Shown here: positions 35,648 through 44,185 of the stretch, one piece after another
Layout of the letters: each line of letters starts with the position of its first letter
How positions within the stretch are numbered: position 1 is the stretch's first letter
Origin: a virus
Virus record (IMG/VR): IMGVR_UViG_3300045996_000252
Location: 1,310 to 65,309 of that record
Direction: 5' to 3' (one strand)
DNA: 64,000 nucleotides
Position numbers and translations under genes: made by a program
The notes under the pieces: model-generated
The model's input: only the letters and a program-made list of their open reading frames with translations
Databases searched by the model: none
Told to the model about the DNA's origin: nothing

Positions 35648-37961
35648 ATACCTGACACTTCATGCACCCTTCCTCGCGGACGAACGCGGCGCTGCCGCAC
35701 TGTGTACATATCTCAGGTGTAAACCCGGTTGAGGGTGCTAGCACCTGCGCTGTCGCGGGCACTTCTGTTCGAACTGGCTCCACAGGTACATCGCCCATGC
35801 TAGCGTCCCTCAATGCTTCTCCTACTGCTGTGCTTAGTGATGGTTGCATTTTACTGTATCCACCAACACCTGTCAACTGCTCCGCTATCACTTCCTTGGA
35901 AATGCCGTATCGAAGTCCAAGGCTGATCAAACGTCCTAAGCCCTCAGCCCATTCACTTATGTCGCTTGACGCTCGCCCCACTTGGACAAACGCTTCAATT
36001 GGTCCGTTATCCTCTGCGTAGTTGACCGTGACGAACGCATGCCCATGCTTCGTTCTCTTGCGCTGTGTAACGCCAAAGACTTTCTCCGGTCGCATATAAG
36101 GACTTGCTGTGTGTGTATCGTGAGATTCAATCTTTTCCTTTTCTTCTTCCTTGGGCCGCGATAATACAACTCCTCGGTTGCATCCATCACGGAAGTAACT
36201 AATTCCCTTTAGGCCACTATCATAGCACAGTCGGTACAGTTTGTCAACATCTTCGACGGTGTGGCTATTTGGAGCGTTAACCGTCTTGGAAATTGACGAG
36301 TCGATGTACTTCTGCGCCGCAGCCTGAATTGCCACGTGTTCCTCGACCGATAGTTGGTCGGCGGTCACGAAATAACTAGGTGGCGTATCAGTGCCTAGCG
36401 GGTCGTTTTCTTTTAGCCATTCCTCGTAGGGCTTTACACGCATGGTGCTCTTGCCCATGCGGTCGTTACGCTCGTACTCCAATGCGAAGAAAGGCTCTAG
36501 GCCGGAGTTGACGCCCGCAAGCATGGACGTGGTACCCGTAGGTGCTTGGGTCAGCAAGAACAGGTTTCGTAGTCCAAACTCGTCTATATGAGCGTGCAAA
36601 TCCTCTGGAATGTCCCTCAGGTAAGGTGCGTCCAGCATGGACGAGTCCCAACCCGGTGCTGCCCCCTTCTCCTTCGCCAGTAGCGTGCTCGCCCATAGCG
36701 CTTCTTCCTTCATCATGCTGTACACCAACTCGGTCCACGATATAGACGCCTCTGACCCGTAACGCACGCCAAGGTACGCGAACATATCCGCTAGGCCCAT
36801 AGCGCCCAAGCCAATACGGCGTAGTTTCATCTGGCTCTCGCGAATCTCAGGAATGTCGTCCATGTAGTGAGACTTGTCGATCACGTTGTCTAGGAACCGA
36901 ATTGACGTTCGAACGTCTGCCCGGAATGCAGCATCATCGAAATACTTCTCGGTTCTGCCGTCGCCCCATGTGAAGGTACGCTCCTTGACGTATGCGGCCA
37001 GATTGATGCTGGCAAGGTTGCACACGCTGTGAGCGCCAAGTCCCTGCTCGCCGCACGGGTTCACGCAGATGATCTTCTCGATAGCACCAGCGGTGCTCAT
37101 CTTTTGGTAGCGCTCTAGGAATACGACTCCCGGCTCACCGTTATCCCAAGCACCTTCACAGATTTTATTCCACAATTCTCTGGCACGGAGAGTTCGATAT
37201 ACACGGGTAGGTAGCCCACGCTCTTTCCATTCTTGTAAATCTCCCGCCCAAACGGTGTTATAATCGCTGTGTGTCGTGTCGGGGAATTCCAACTCCCACT
37301 GCTCGTCATTCTCAACTGCCCTCATAAATGAATCTGAAACGGCGACACTGATGTTCGCGTTTGTAATCTTGGACGAATCCCTCTTTGCATCAGTAAATTC
37401 AATAATGTCTGGATGCCAGTCCCACAGCATGAACATCGCTGCCCCACGTCGCGAGCCGCCTTGGATAACTTCTCCGACAGCAGTTGAAGCAACGTCCATC
37501 CACCCCACAGCCCCCGATGAAGTTCCGTTGACTCTAGACAGATGACTACCTCGTGGCCGCAGGGTTGACCAGTTAATACCCACTCCACCCCCTCGGGACA
37601 TGATCTGTACCATTGTGTTAATCGTGTCCATGATAGCGTCACGGCTGTCTGCTCCACTACTTCGGTGAGGGTCTGCTCTAACGGGGATGACAAAGCAGTT
37701 GTATGCCATAGTCTCGTTTCCCGCGCCAGCACTGGCAAGGATACGCCCGCCCGGAACGAACTTGAAGCCGTCAAGGATTCGGTAGAAGTCTCTGGTTTCT
37801 TCGGGCGTTTCCGCCATAGCATCTGCCACCCGCGCAAAGGTGTCAGCAGGAGTTCTTTCAATTTGCTCTCCATTCTTATCTCGCAGGGCGTATCTGTCCC
37901 ACCAGATATCGAACTGCTTTTGGGTCATGCCCATAGGTATGATTTTATCCGTTAGTGTCAA
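35628..37961 (-). CDS. nrdJ: ribonucleotide reductase class II (adenosylcobalamin-dependent) NrdJ, with a C-terminal zinc ribbon
   Basis: Motifs 'SRGGGVGINWSTLRPRGS' and 'VNPCGEQGLGAHSVCNLASINL'. C-terminal 'CTQCGS...CMKCQVCG'. Confidence 0.85.
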   Translation of the reverse strand: MTLTDKIIPMGMTQKQFDIWWDRYALRDKNGEQIERTPADTFARVADAMAETPEETRDFYRILDGFKFVPGGRILASAGAGNETMAYNCFVIPVRADPHRSSGADSRDAIMDTINTMVQIMSRGGGVGINWSTLRPRGSHLSRVNGTSSGAVGWMDVASTAVGEVIQGGSRRGAAMFMLWDWHPDIIEFTDAKRDSSKITNANISVAVSDSFMRAVENDEQWELEFPDTTHSDYNTVWAGDLQEWKERGLPTRVYRTLRARELWNKICEGAWDNGEPGVVFLERYQKMSTAGAIEKIICVNPCGEQGLGAHSVCNLASINLAAYVKERTFTWGDGRTEKYFDDAAFRADVRTSIRFLDNVIDKSHYMDDIPEIRESQMKLRRIGLGAMGLADMFAYLGVRYGSEASISWTELVYSMMKEEALWASTLLAKEKGAAPGWDSSMLDAPYLRDIPEDLHAHIDEFGLRNLFLLTQAPTGTTSMLAGVNSGLEPFFALEYERNDRMGKSTMRVKPYEEWLKENDPLGTDTPPSYFVTADQLSVEEHVAIQAAAQKYIDSSISKTVNAPNSHTVEDVDKLYRLCYDSGLKGISYFRDGCNRGVVLSRPKEEEKEKIESHDTHTASPYMRPEKVFGVTQRKRTKHGHAFVTVNYAEDNGPIEAFVQVGRASSDISEWAEGLGRLISLGLRYGISKEVIAEQLTGVGGYSKMQPSLSTAVGEALRDASMGDVPVEPVRTEVPATAQVLAPSTGFTPEICTQCGSAAFVREEGCMKCQVCGNSKC

Positions 37962-38226
37962 AGGTCGCTTCCTTCCATCCTGTCGCGGCTACCAGTTCGG
38001 GCGTGGAACTAGTAACCTTCAATTCGTCATTCTTATACTCGCCCATTTTGAGTGTAGTTCTCATCCGGCGCAAGGTATCCATAGCGCTGTCGCCATACCA
38101 AGTGTGCCCGGACCATTGCTTGCCAGTTGAGTCGTCTTCGATTGTGAGTGCGAATGCGGGTCTTATATGTACACGCACCCTTACTTGTCTAGGTATATAC
38201 TCGATACTATCTTTCTTCTTACCCAT
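37945..38226 (-). CDS. hypothetical protein
   Basis: 93-aa ORF. Confidence 0.35.
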   Translation of the reverse strand: MGKKKDSIEYIPRQVRVRVHIRPAFALTIEDDSTGKQWSGHTWYGDSAMDTLRRMRTTLKMGEYKNDELKVTSSTPELVAATGWKEATFDTNG

Positions 38227-38300
38227 ATACTCCCCTTGCTCTCTTTATATCTTACTTCGGCTATCTGTAGACCTTATACGTATCTTAGGTATCTTATATA

Positions 38301-38316
38301 TATATACTAGTATATA
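38301..38316. repeat. AT-only 16-bp palindrome TATATACTAGTATATA inside a 40-bp AT tract
   Basis: The sequence equals its own reverse complement. It sits between two leftward genes in an otherwise GC-rich genome. Confidence 0.6.
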
Positions 38317-38330
38317 GGTTGCTCGCTTAG

Positions 38331-38636
38331 TTAGCAAACCTTGCAGTTGCAGATGAACCTGTTGCAAGGCTTGATATGAGGTACCTCGATGGTAAAAATT
38401 CCGAGGGCCAATGATACCGCATCATCTTCTAGGGTGTCAAGTGCCACCAGAGTCTCATTGTCTTTCTCGTATACGTCAAAATTGCCTCGACTGGCTATGC
38501 CGTAGGCGAGCATAGTCCACCCTGTTTCGTCAAGTGCGGCCTGTGCGATATACGGCATGTCGGAAAGGTCTTGCGACTTCCACATCCTGTTGTTGAACGC
38601 AATACGAGGTTCTCTCAATGTCTTTGCTCCCTTCAA
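38331..38636 (-). CDS. hypothetical protein, first gene of the leftward operon
   Basis: 101-aa ORF with a C-terminal Cys cluster (CNRFICNCKVC). Confidence 0.35.
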   Translation of the reverse strand: MKGAKTLREPRIAFNNRMWKSQDLSDMPYIAQAALDETGWTMLAYGIASRGNFDVYEKDNETLVALDTLEDDAVSLALGIFTIEVPHIKPCNRFICNCKVC

Positions 38637-39020
38637 CGAGTATACACTAAGCCTGCTAGAAAGTCAAATTGTAACCTCCCACCTGATATAGCAAATTAGC
38701 CTCCTAAAACGCCCCTAATTCGGTCTTTTGGGCGATTTAGGGATATATCACGTTTTTGGCGTTTGTGAGGCTCCTGTAGGCGTTTTTGGGGGTTCATTTG
38801 CGGGTTTACGGGCTTTTTCGACATGGGCGCAGGTGTGCATGATCAATATGAGGAAAATAGGCGTTTATTCGGTTAACGCGAAGTTTGAAAATAGGTCATA
38901 TTTAGTCGTGTACCCTGCGCGAACGTCTTTTTGGCGTCTTTGGAGCGCATTTGAGGGGGCTATCGTGCGTGTGAAGTCTGATAGTGCGCCATATCGGGCT
39001 GTAAGAGTCGCGAGCACAAA

Positions 39021-39036
39021 TAGAACGTACGTTCTA
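39021..39036. promoter_or_regulatory. operator-like 16-bp perfect palindrome TAGAACGTACGTTCTA, copy 1
   Basis: Exact palindrome. Identical copies also at 39116-39131, 39220-39235, 39944-39959, 40053-40068, 41148-41163 and 41209-41224. A near-copy lies at 40004-40019. Confidence 0.6.
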
Positions 39037-39115
39037 CGCATGCACGCGTGCTAGTAGTAGAGTCCTGTGCGCGCCTCTCGCACGCGCATGGTAGAACGGT
39101 GTGCATGCATGCATA

Positions 39116-39131
39116 TAGAACGTACGTTCTA
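39116..39131. promoter_or_regulatory. operator palindrome, copy 2
   Basis: Exact TAGAACGTACGTTCTA. Confidence 0.6.
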
Positions 39132-39140
39132 GTAAGCATG

Positions 39141-39213
39141 TGCATGGTGCATGGTGGGCGCATGGTGCATGGTGCATGGTGCGCACACTGCATGCATGGT
39201 GCATGGTGCACGG
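39141..39213. repeat. CATGGTG heptamer tandem array (about 8 copies)
   Basis: Sequence tgcatggtgcatggtgggcgcatggtgcatggtgcatggtgcgcacactgcatgcatggtgcatggtgca. Confidence 0.7.
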
Positions 39214-39219
39214 CGCATA

Positions 39220-39235
39220 TAGAACGTACGTTCTA
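39220..39235. promoter_or_regulatory. operator palindrome, copy 3
   Basis: Exact TAGAACGTACGTTCTA. Confidence 0.6.
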
Positions 39236-39238
39236 CAC

Positions 39239-39284
39239 TGTGGATAACTACCCTACTAGGCGCAATATTGGTGGATAACTACCG
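39239..39284. promoter_or_regulatory. two direct repeats TGGATAACTACC, each holding a DnaA-box-like TGTGGATAA / GGTGGATAA
   Basis: 39239-39247 TGTGGATAA is the rc of TTATCCACA. 39270-39278 GGTGGATAA is the rc of TTATCCACC. The 12-bp repeat is at 39241-39252 and 39273-39284. Confidence 0.45.
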
Positions 39285-39355
39285 CTTGACAAGCATGATC
39301 CGCCCGTGAGACACTCCGCTAGTCAAGGTAACTACTCCACTAGAGGCTATGCACG

Positions 39356-39841
39356 GTGAACGGTTACAACGTTGAAGTACGCAAGTGGACATATGGCGCT
39401 ATGCAGTACGGTTGCAAGCGTGACGCTATCGCCGCCTACGAGGGGACGCTCCCCATGCTAGGGAACGGATTCATGCGCACGGTGTACAAGGGCGCGCGCG
39501 GCATCGTATACAAGGTCGCGGGCGGTCGCGGTCGCCACGCCGCCAATGACAATGCCGCCAACGTTAGCGAGTACGAGCGCATGGTGCGCATCGGACGATT
39601 TGACGCTACGCTCGCCACGCCGTGCACCCTGTACATGGTCAACGGTGTGGCGATTCTCGCTATGGTGCTTCGACCGGGCGATTCTGCTAGTGCGAGCGGG
39701 CGAGCATGGGACGTGCTGCATGCGAAAGTTCAGCGCTACAATCGCGAGAGTGGCGACCATATCGGTGATATGCATGGGCAGAATTGGCGACTCACACCTA
39801 TGGGCCGTCCCACGGTGACCGACGTAGGGGACGTGTTCTAA
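39356..39841 (+). CDS. hypothetical protein, first gene of the rightward early operon
   Basis: 161-aa ORF. Three operators lie upstream and a terminator lies downstream. Confidence 0.5.
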   Translation: MNGYNVEVRKWTYGAMQYGCKRDAIAAYEGTLPMLGNGFMRTVYKGARGIVYKVAGGRGRHAANDNAANVSEYERMVRIGRFDATLATPCTLYMVNGVAILAMVLRPGDSASASGRAWDVLHAKVQRYNRESGDHIGDMHGQNWRLTPMGRPTVTDVGDVF

Positions 39842-39863
39842 AACACGATCCTACTAGCGAAAG

Positions 39864-39895
39864 AGAGGGCCGCGAAAGCGGTCCTCTTTTTTGTC
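39864..39895 (+). terminator. rho-independent terminator
   Basis: Stem agagggccgc / gcggtcctct (10 bp, one G-U) with a gaaa loop, followed by TTTTTTGT. Confidence 0.8.
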
Positions 39896-39943
39896 TCGCG
39901 CGCGTTCTTTTTTAGCGGGCGATCAGTACCAAACAATCCCAAT

Positions 39944-39959
39944 TAGAACGTACGTTCTA
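39944..39959. promoter_or_regulatory. operator palindrome, copy 4
   Basis: Exact TAGAACGTACGTTCTA. Confidence 0.6.
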
Positions 39960-40003
39960 GCACGCCTACGCCTACGCGTTCGGGTTCGCATTAGGGTTCG
40001 CAT

Positions 40004-40019
40004 TAGAACGTACGTTCGC
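40004..40019. promoter_or_regulatory. operator palindrome, imperfect copy (TAGAACGTACGTTCGC)
   Basis: 14 of 16 bases match. Confidence 0.45.
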
Positions 40020-40052
40020 ATTAGCCTACGCGTTAGGGTTCGCGTTCGCAAT

Positions 40053-40068
40053 TAGAACGTACGTTCTA
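40053..40068. promoter_or_regulatory. operator palindrome, copy 5
   Basis: Exact TAGAACGTACGTTCTA. Confidence 0.6.
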
Positions 40069-40139
40069 CCCGTACGCGTGCGCTATGCGAATGCAAGAAA
40101 CGTGCCAAAAATCGTACGCAAATAGTACGCAAAAAGGGC

Positions 40140-40168
40140 TTGACACGGTGGAGCGGAGCGCATAAGGT
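40140..40168 (+). promoter_or_regulatory. sigma70-like promoter
   Basis: TTGACA at 40140-40145, 17 nt spacer, TAAGGT at 40163-40168. It lies 40 nt upstream of the ORF at 40208. Confidence 0.5.
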
Positions 40169-40207
40169 ACGTACATCAGATCGACAAACGATCCCCTAGC
40201 ACGAAAG

Positions 40208-40456
40208 GTGCATACAATGACTATCGACACTCTCGCAATCGCATGGGCCGACCAGCCGGACTTCACGGATGACCAGTCTAACGACTACACCATGCGGGGC
40301 GGATACGCGGTCGAGCCTATCGCCCGTCGCAATCGCTCGCGGGGCATGCAGGCCGAATGCGGACACTGCGGCACCATTCTTGACACCGCGCATGACCTCG
40401 TTCACGTCGAATCCTGCGAGCGCGAGCATCGCCCATACCGATACGGTGCAGCGTGA
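40208..40456 (+). CDS. hypothetical Cys/His protein
   Basis: 82 aa with CGHC...H..H..C. Confidence 0.45.
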   Translation: MHTMTIDTLAIAWADQPDFTDDQSNDYTMRGGYAVEPIARRNRSRGMQAECGHCGTILDTAHDLVHVESCEREHRPYRYGAA

Positions 40457-40692
40457 GGGCGCTACTCGTAATCGCGTTCGCAATCGCGCTAGTGCTAGTG
40501 CTCGCGGACGTGCTAGCATCCAGCATCGTTCTAGGGCCGATATGTCCACCATACAGTCAAGAGCCATACGCGATTCTCTGCGTAGCAGGGTAAGGTATCG
40601 CTTGACGGCAGGCTAGCGGCGTGTTAGCCTCCCGGCAAGTGGGACGTTACGAATCACGATAACGACCGCTAACAGTCTAGGAGACACGAATC

Positions 40693-41073
40693 ATGGATAC
40701 TACGCTCATTCGTTCAGGTCGAGGCGTCAAGCATGCGAACGCGGCGCTCGCGGCGGAGTTCTTCGACACGCTCGCCAATACGCACGGCAACAGCGCACAG
40801 GCGAAAAGCCTCCGGTCCATTCTGAAGCGTGCAGAGGAGCGGTTCGCGCCAAAGCGTGAGAGCATCCTCGCCCGCATCGCGGCGGACGAGCAGGACGAGC
40901 CAGTGCAGGCGGACGAGCCGGTGCAGGCGGAGCCGGTCAAGGTGCGCAAGCCGCGCAAGGTCGAGCCGTCACAGGTCGAGGCTGTCGAGGCGGACGACGC
41001 ACGAGAGGCGGACTTCGTGACCCGCATGCGAGCACTCGCGGCTCAGGCCGAAAGTGAGGGCGTGAGGGTCTAA
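40693..41073 (+). CDS. hypothetical protein
   Basis: 126 aa with an RBS (aggagacacgaatc ATG). Contains an 'EPVQADEPVQAEPV' repeat. Confidence 0.5.
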   Translation: MDTTLIRSGRGVKHANAALAAEFFDTLANTHGNSAQAKSLRSILKRAEERFAPKRESILARIAADEQDEPVQADEPVQAEPVKVRKPRKVEPSQVEAVEADDAREADFVTRMRALAAQAESEGVRV

Positions 41074-41090
41074 TCCTCCCGATCCTCACC

Positions 41091-41130
41091 AGAGAGAGTG
41101 TACGAGCAATCGTACACTCTCTTTTTTTTG
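41091..41130 (+). terminator. rho-independent terminator
   Basis: Stem gagagtgtacg / cgtacactctc, followed by a T8 run. Confidence 0.8.
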
Positions 41131-41147
41131 TGCTCAGAACGAGCAAT

Positions 41148-41163
41148 TAGAACGTACGTTCTA
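41148..41163. promoter_or_regulatory. operator palindrome, copy 6
   Basis: Exact TAGAACGTACGTTCTA. Confidence 0.6.
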
Positions 41164-41208
41164 ATCCTCCCGAGGGTTCCGGCGAGCCGAGAGCGAAATA
41201 GAACGTAC

Positions 41209-41224
41209 GTTCTAATCGAGCCTC
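41209..41224. promoter_or_regulatory. operator palindrome, copy 7
   Basis: Exact TAGAACGTACGTTCTA. Confidence 0.6.
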
Positions 41225-41379
41225 GTGCCACGTACGCACACTCGCGCACGCTCGCAGGCGTGCTCGCGCACACACGCACAGGCGGAGGTATTGTAGCAGG
41301 CTATGACGTACGGCGGAGCATGATGACGAGTATCACTTTCTTTAGCGCCTAAAAAGTCAAAAATTATCCCAATTCGTGC

Positions 41380-41480
41380 GCGCGCGCGTATATAGCCTTC
41401 GCGTTCGCCTTCGCCTTCGCGTAAGCCTTCCCACTAAGCCTTCGCACCTAATAGATAAAAAATATTGAATTTCGCCTTCG
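41380..41480. repeat. GCCTTCGC direct-repeat array
   Basis: Sequence cgcgttcgccttcgccttcgcgtaagccttcc...gccttcgc...cgccttcgc. The same motif occurs at 42841-42860, 47127-47150 and 48030-48056. Confidence 0.5.
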
Positions 41481-41520
41481 CATAGTTACGCGCAGGCAAT
41501 TTCTGTAAGAAATTGAGGAC

Positions 41521-41550
41521 TTGACAGCCATGAGACAGTGATGGCCTACC
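41521..41550 (+). promoter_or_regulatory. promoter-like motif TTGACAGCCATGAGACAGTGATGG (family member)
   Basis: Near-identical to 45270-45299. TTGACA at 41521-41526. The -10 box is non-canonical. Confidence 0.4.
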
Positions 41551-41559
41551 AATTTTGCA

Positions 41560-41778
41560 GTGAGGTTTTCGACATGGTTTGTTTTTGTGACTGCGGCTGC
41601 TTCGACATTGGGGCACCAGACTTTTGTGACCGCTGCTACGACGAGTGCGTGGGGGTTGACACACCAGAATGATGCTGCTAGTATTCTTCCTAGTTATCAT
41701 CGTGGCGCTATGGATCGACTTGCGCTACAACGACACATCCTGCGAGTAGAGGTACACACACATGGCACATACACTTGA
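41560..41778 (+). CDS. hypothetical ORF (GTG start); the alternative frame encodes a 32-aa Cys-rich peptide at 41574..41672
   Basis: The ORF-track frame has low-GC third positions. The alternative frame reads MVCFCDCGCFDIGAPDFCDRCYDECVGVDTPE with C-ending codons. Confidence 0.3.
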   Translation: MRFSTWFVFVTAAASTLGHQTFVTAATTSAWGLTHQNDAASILPSYHRGAMDRLALQRHILRVEVHTHGTYT

Positions 41779-41983
41779 GAGCCTACAGCGCGCCGGATAC
41801 ACCGTGCTTTCTTCCCGTGAACCGGCTGAGTGGCGCGAGCGTGTCATCCAGCGTGCGTTCACGCATCAAGAGTCCATCTACCATGCGGTAACATCTATCG
41901 CAATCGAGGATGGGCGCGTGAACGACTACTCGCAGTGCGCATGCACACCGTGCTCACGTAGCGCAGGTAGGCTTTCAGCCTGA
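41762..41983 (+). CDS. hypothetical protein
   Basis: 73-aa ORF. Confidence 0.4.
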   Translation: MAHTLESLQRAGYTVLSSREPAEWRERVIQRAFTHQESIYHAVTSIAIEDGRVNDYSQCACTPCSRSAGRLSA

Positions 41984-42006
41984 GGGTTTGACAGACTTTC
42001 GGCGCT

Positions 42007-42609
42007 GTGTCATGCTGTAGCAGTCAATCACACCGAACGAGGCTCACACCGATGGATATGCTAGCCAACCTGCTCGACGCTTACGACAACGCATCAGCCG
42101 CCGACGCCAATGAGGGCGCGGAGTGGTACGCGACGGCTCAGGCTTTTGCCGGAGCGCTGGTTGCTGGTACCAGTCTCTCGCTCGCTCAGGGCGCAGGCGT
42201 GGTGGCGGCACTCTCGCCGCGAGTGCAGTGGTCCGTGAACATGGCTGCCGCGACGGCGATTGTTGACGCTGCGATTCGTGGCGTGGATGAGCCGATTGTC
42301 GCAGGGCTTTCGAAGAATCGCGCTAAGGCGTGGGCTATCGCCAACGGCGGTGACTCTCTCACGATCCTCGGCGGACAAAAGGTGCGGTCGTTCTACGCTA
42401 ACATCATGGGCGATGTTGACGCGGTGACCGTGGACGTGTGGGCCGCTCGCGCAGCACTCGGTGAGTTTGCGACCGATAGAATTCCCACTCGACAGTACGA
42501 AGCAATCGCAGATGCCTACAGGCTCGCCGCAGATGCACGCGGCGTCACACCGATGGTTATGCAGGCGACCGTTTGGGTTTACACTCGGCGGACTGCAAAA
42601 GGAGCATGA
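42007..42609 (+). CDS. hypothetical protein (the start may be Met at about 42052)
   Basis: 200-aa Ala-rich ORF. Its stop overlaps the next start in an ATGA junction. Confidence 0.5.
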   Translation: MSCCSSQSHRTRLTPMDMLANLLDAYDNASAADANEGAEWYATAQAFAGALVAGTSLSLAQGAGVVAALSPRVQWSVNMAAATAIVDAAIRGVDEPIVAGLSKNRAKAWAIANGGDSLTILGGQKVRSFYANIMGDVDAVTVDVWAARAALGEFATDRIPTRQYEAIADAYRLAADARGVTPMVMQATVWVYTRRTAKGA

Positions 42610-42743
42610 TGAATCAGTGGATACGATTCCCCGATTGCCCACTATGTCACGGATACGGATGGATGATAGGCGGGGACGAGCAGGTGCAGTGTCCGTGGTG
42701 CCGCGACCGCAAGCGTAAGCAGGACGAGAAGGAGCGCAAGTGA
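42606..42743 (+). CDS. small zinc-finger protein (45 aa)
   Basis: MMNQWIRFPDCPLCHGYGW...CPWCRDRKRK. ATGA start/stop coupling. Confidence 0.45.
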   Translation: MMNQWIRFPDCPLCHGYGWMIGGDEQVQCPWCRDRKRKQDEKERK

Positions 42744-42864
42744 GAAGTACATTCGGAGCATTGTTCATCATCGTGGCGATTGTCATTGCCGGTGGTGCAG
42801 ATCACAAAAGAGAATTAGCAGAATCGCAGGCGTTCGCGTCAGAGCCTTCGCCTTCGCTTATCGA

Positions 42865-43236
42865 GTGCCGTTGACAGGGCTTGACAAGCCTGCTACAGTG
42901 GTGACAACAAACACACCGAACGAGGACAGCACAATGGAACGATACAGAGCATACCAGCACATCATTCGCATCAGCCATGCGGACGAAAGCATGCTTGAGT
43001 CTGCGGCGGCAGAGATTGCTACCGTGACCGCAGCACGTTGGGGCATGGATGGCGCGAACATCACGTTCGGTCGTGGGCTGTGGAAGGGTGATATCGAGTT
43101 CGGTGCTACCATCGAAATCGTTACTCGCGATTCACTTACCAATGAGCACATGCAGAACCTTCGCAATCACGTGACTGCAATGGGACTCACGGCCTTCGTA
43201 ACTGTGAACGAGACTACTGCATTCGAATTGTACTAG
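42865..43236 (+). CDS. hypothetical protein (the real start is probably Met at about 42933)
   Basis: 123-aa ORF; the promoter overlaps its annotated 5' end. Confidence 0.4.
   Translation: MPLTGLDKPATVVTTNTPNEDSTMERYRAYQHIIRISHADESMLESAAAEIATVTAARWGMDGANITFGRGLWKGDIEFGATIEIVTRDSLTNEHMQNLRNHVTAMGLTAFVTVNETTAFELY
42871..42899 (+). promoter_or_regulatory. sigma70-like promoter, family member with a double TTGACA
   Basis: TTGACA at 42871-42876, 17 nt spacer, TACAGT at 42894-42899, then GGTGACAAC. A second TTGACA at 42881-42886 lies 7 nt from the -10 box. Confidence 0.5.
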
Positions 43237-43247
43237 AGGATACGATT

Positions 43248-43523
43248 ATGGGATACGTTCCCAAGTGTCGCACTTGCGGCCACGTTCAATTTGGCGGAGG
43301 CGCTCGTGGCGTGACCGGAAGCCCTTGCGATGAGTGTGGGGGCGTCATCGCCTACGCCAAGGTTGAGCGCTATGTTCCCACTCCTCCTGAGGGACTGGAA
43401 CGAATCAAGCGCTATGTTGACAAGTGTGACCACATCGGTTACGATCATGTCGAAATTCAGCGAGTTGTCTGTGACGCTCGCACCATCACCATTTGCGTCC
43501 GTTGTGGGCGGGAGGCTGTATAA
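43248..43523 (+). CDS. zinc-ribbon protein
   Basis: Three Cys pairs: CRTC...CDEC...CVRC. Confidence 0.5.
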   Translation: MGYVPKCRTCGHVQFGGGARGVTGSPCDECGGVIAYAKVERYVPTPPEGLERIKRYVDKCDHIGYDHVEIQRVVCDARTITICVRCGREAV

Positions 43524-43681
43524 TGTTCAAGAGCGAACGGCGTGAGATTGCAAAGCGCAACTCACGCAAAATGAAGGTCGATGGCAAGAGTGTCTTCGTC
43601 ATGAAGGATGCGCAGAAGAAGCGCGACCTTGCATGGAAGAAGGCTCGCAACGCCAAGCGCATATCCCCGAACACAATTTAG
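43523..43681 (+). CDS. small basic protein
   Basis: MFKSERREIAKRNSRKMKVDGK..., starting inside the ORF 43493..43681. Confidence 0.4.
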   Translation: MFKSERREIAKRNSRKMKVDGKSVFVMKDAQKKRDLAWKKARNAKRISPNTI

Positions 43682-43999
43682 GAGCACACATGCCACAATG
43701 TGAAAAGTGCATGCGTATCGCTACAGTGGGTAGACGATGCGACCGACATGCTCGCGATAAGTCCTAAAGGACTCAGGCTAGCAGCGGAACCCCGCATAAC
43801 TGGATGCCGTTGAAAGGTAGAGTACGGATCGGCTAGCAATTATATACAGGCTGTGAGCGTAACAGAAACGCTACACGACCGGGGCGGAGCGTAGGGAGCG
43901 CAAGCGTTTGAACCTGCACCGCACAATAGGTGAATCGCTGGATGCGGGTGCAATTCCCGCCAGCCTGTATACATCACATACGTTATATGAGGATTTGAC

Positions 44000-44185
44000 A
44001 TGTTTGTTATCATTTGTGAGCCACATGAGGACAATGCGAATTTCGGCTACGGGCCGTTCGCATCACGACAGGCTGCGGCTGAGTGGCTGGAAGCCAGCGC
44101 GCTTTACAGCATTCGCACGGGTACCGAGCCATGCCCGAGCGAGCATCCGATCATGGAAATCTTCGCACCACACGAGGTAGAATAA
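44000..44185 (+). CDS. hypothetical protein
   Basis: 61-aa ORF. Confidence 0.4.
   Translation: MFVIICEPHEDNANFGYGPFASRQAAAEWLEASALYSIRTGTEPCPSEHPIMEIFAPHEVE

Noticed and set aside
38668-38694. Leftward promoter TTGCTA-15-TACAAT upstream of the gene at 38331..38636
   Set aside because: The spacer is only 15 nt and the -35 box is weak; I could not support it beyond chance.
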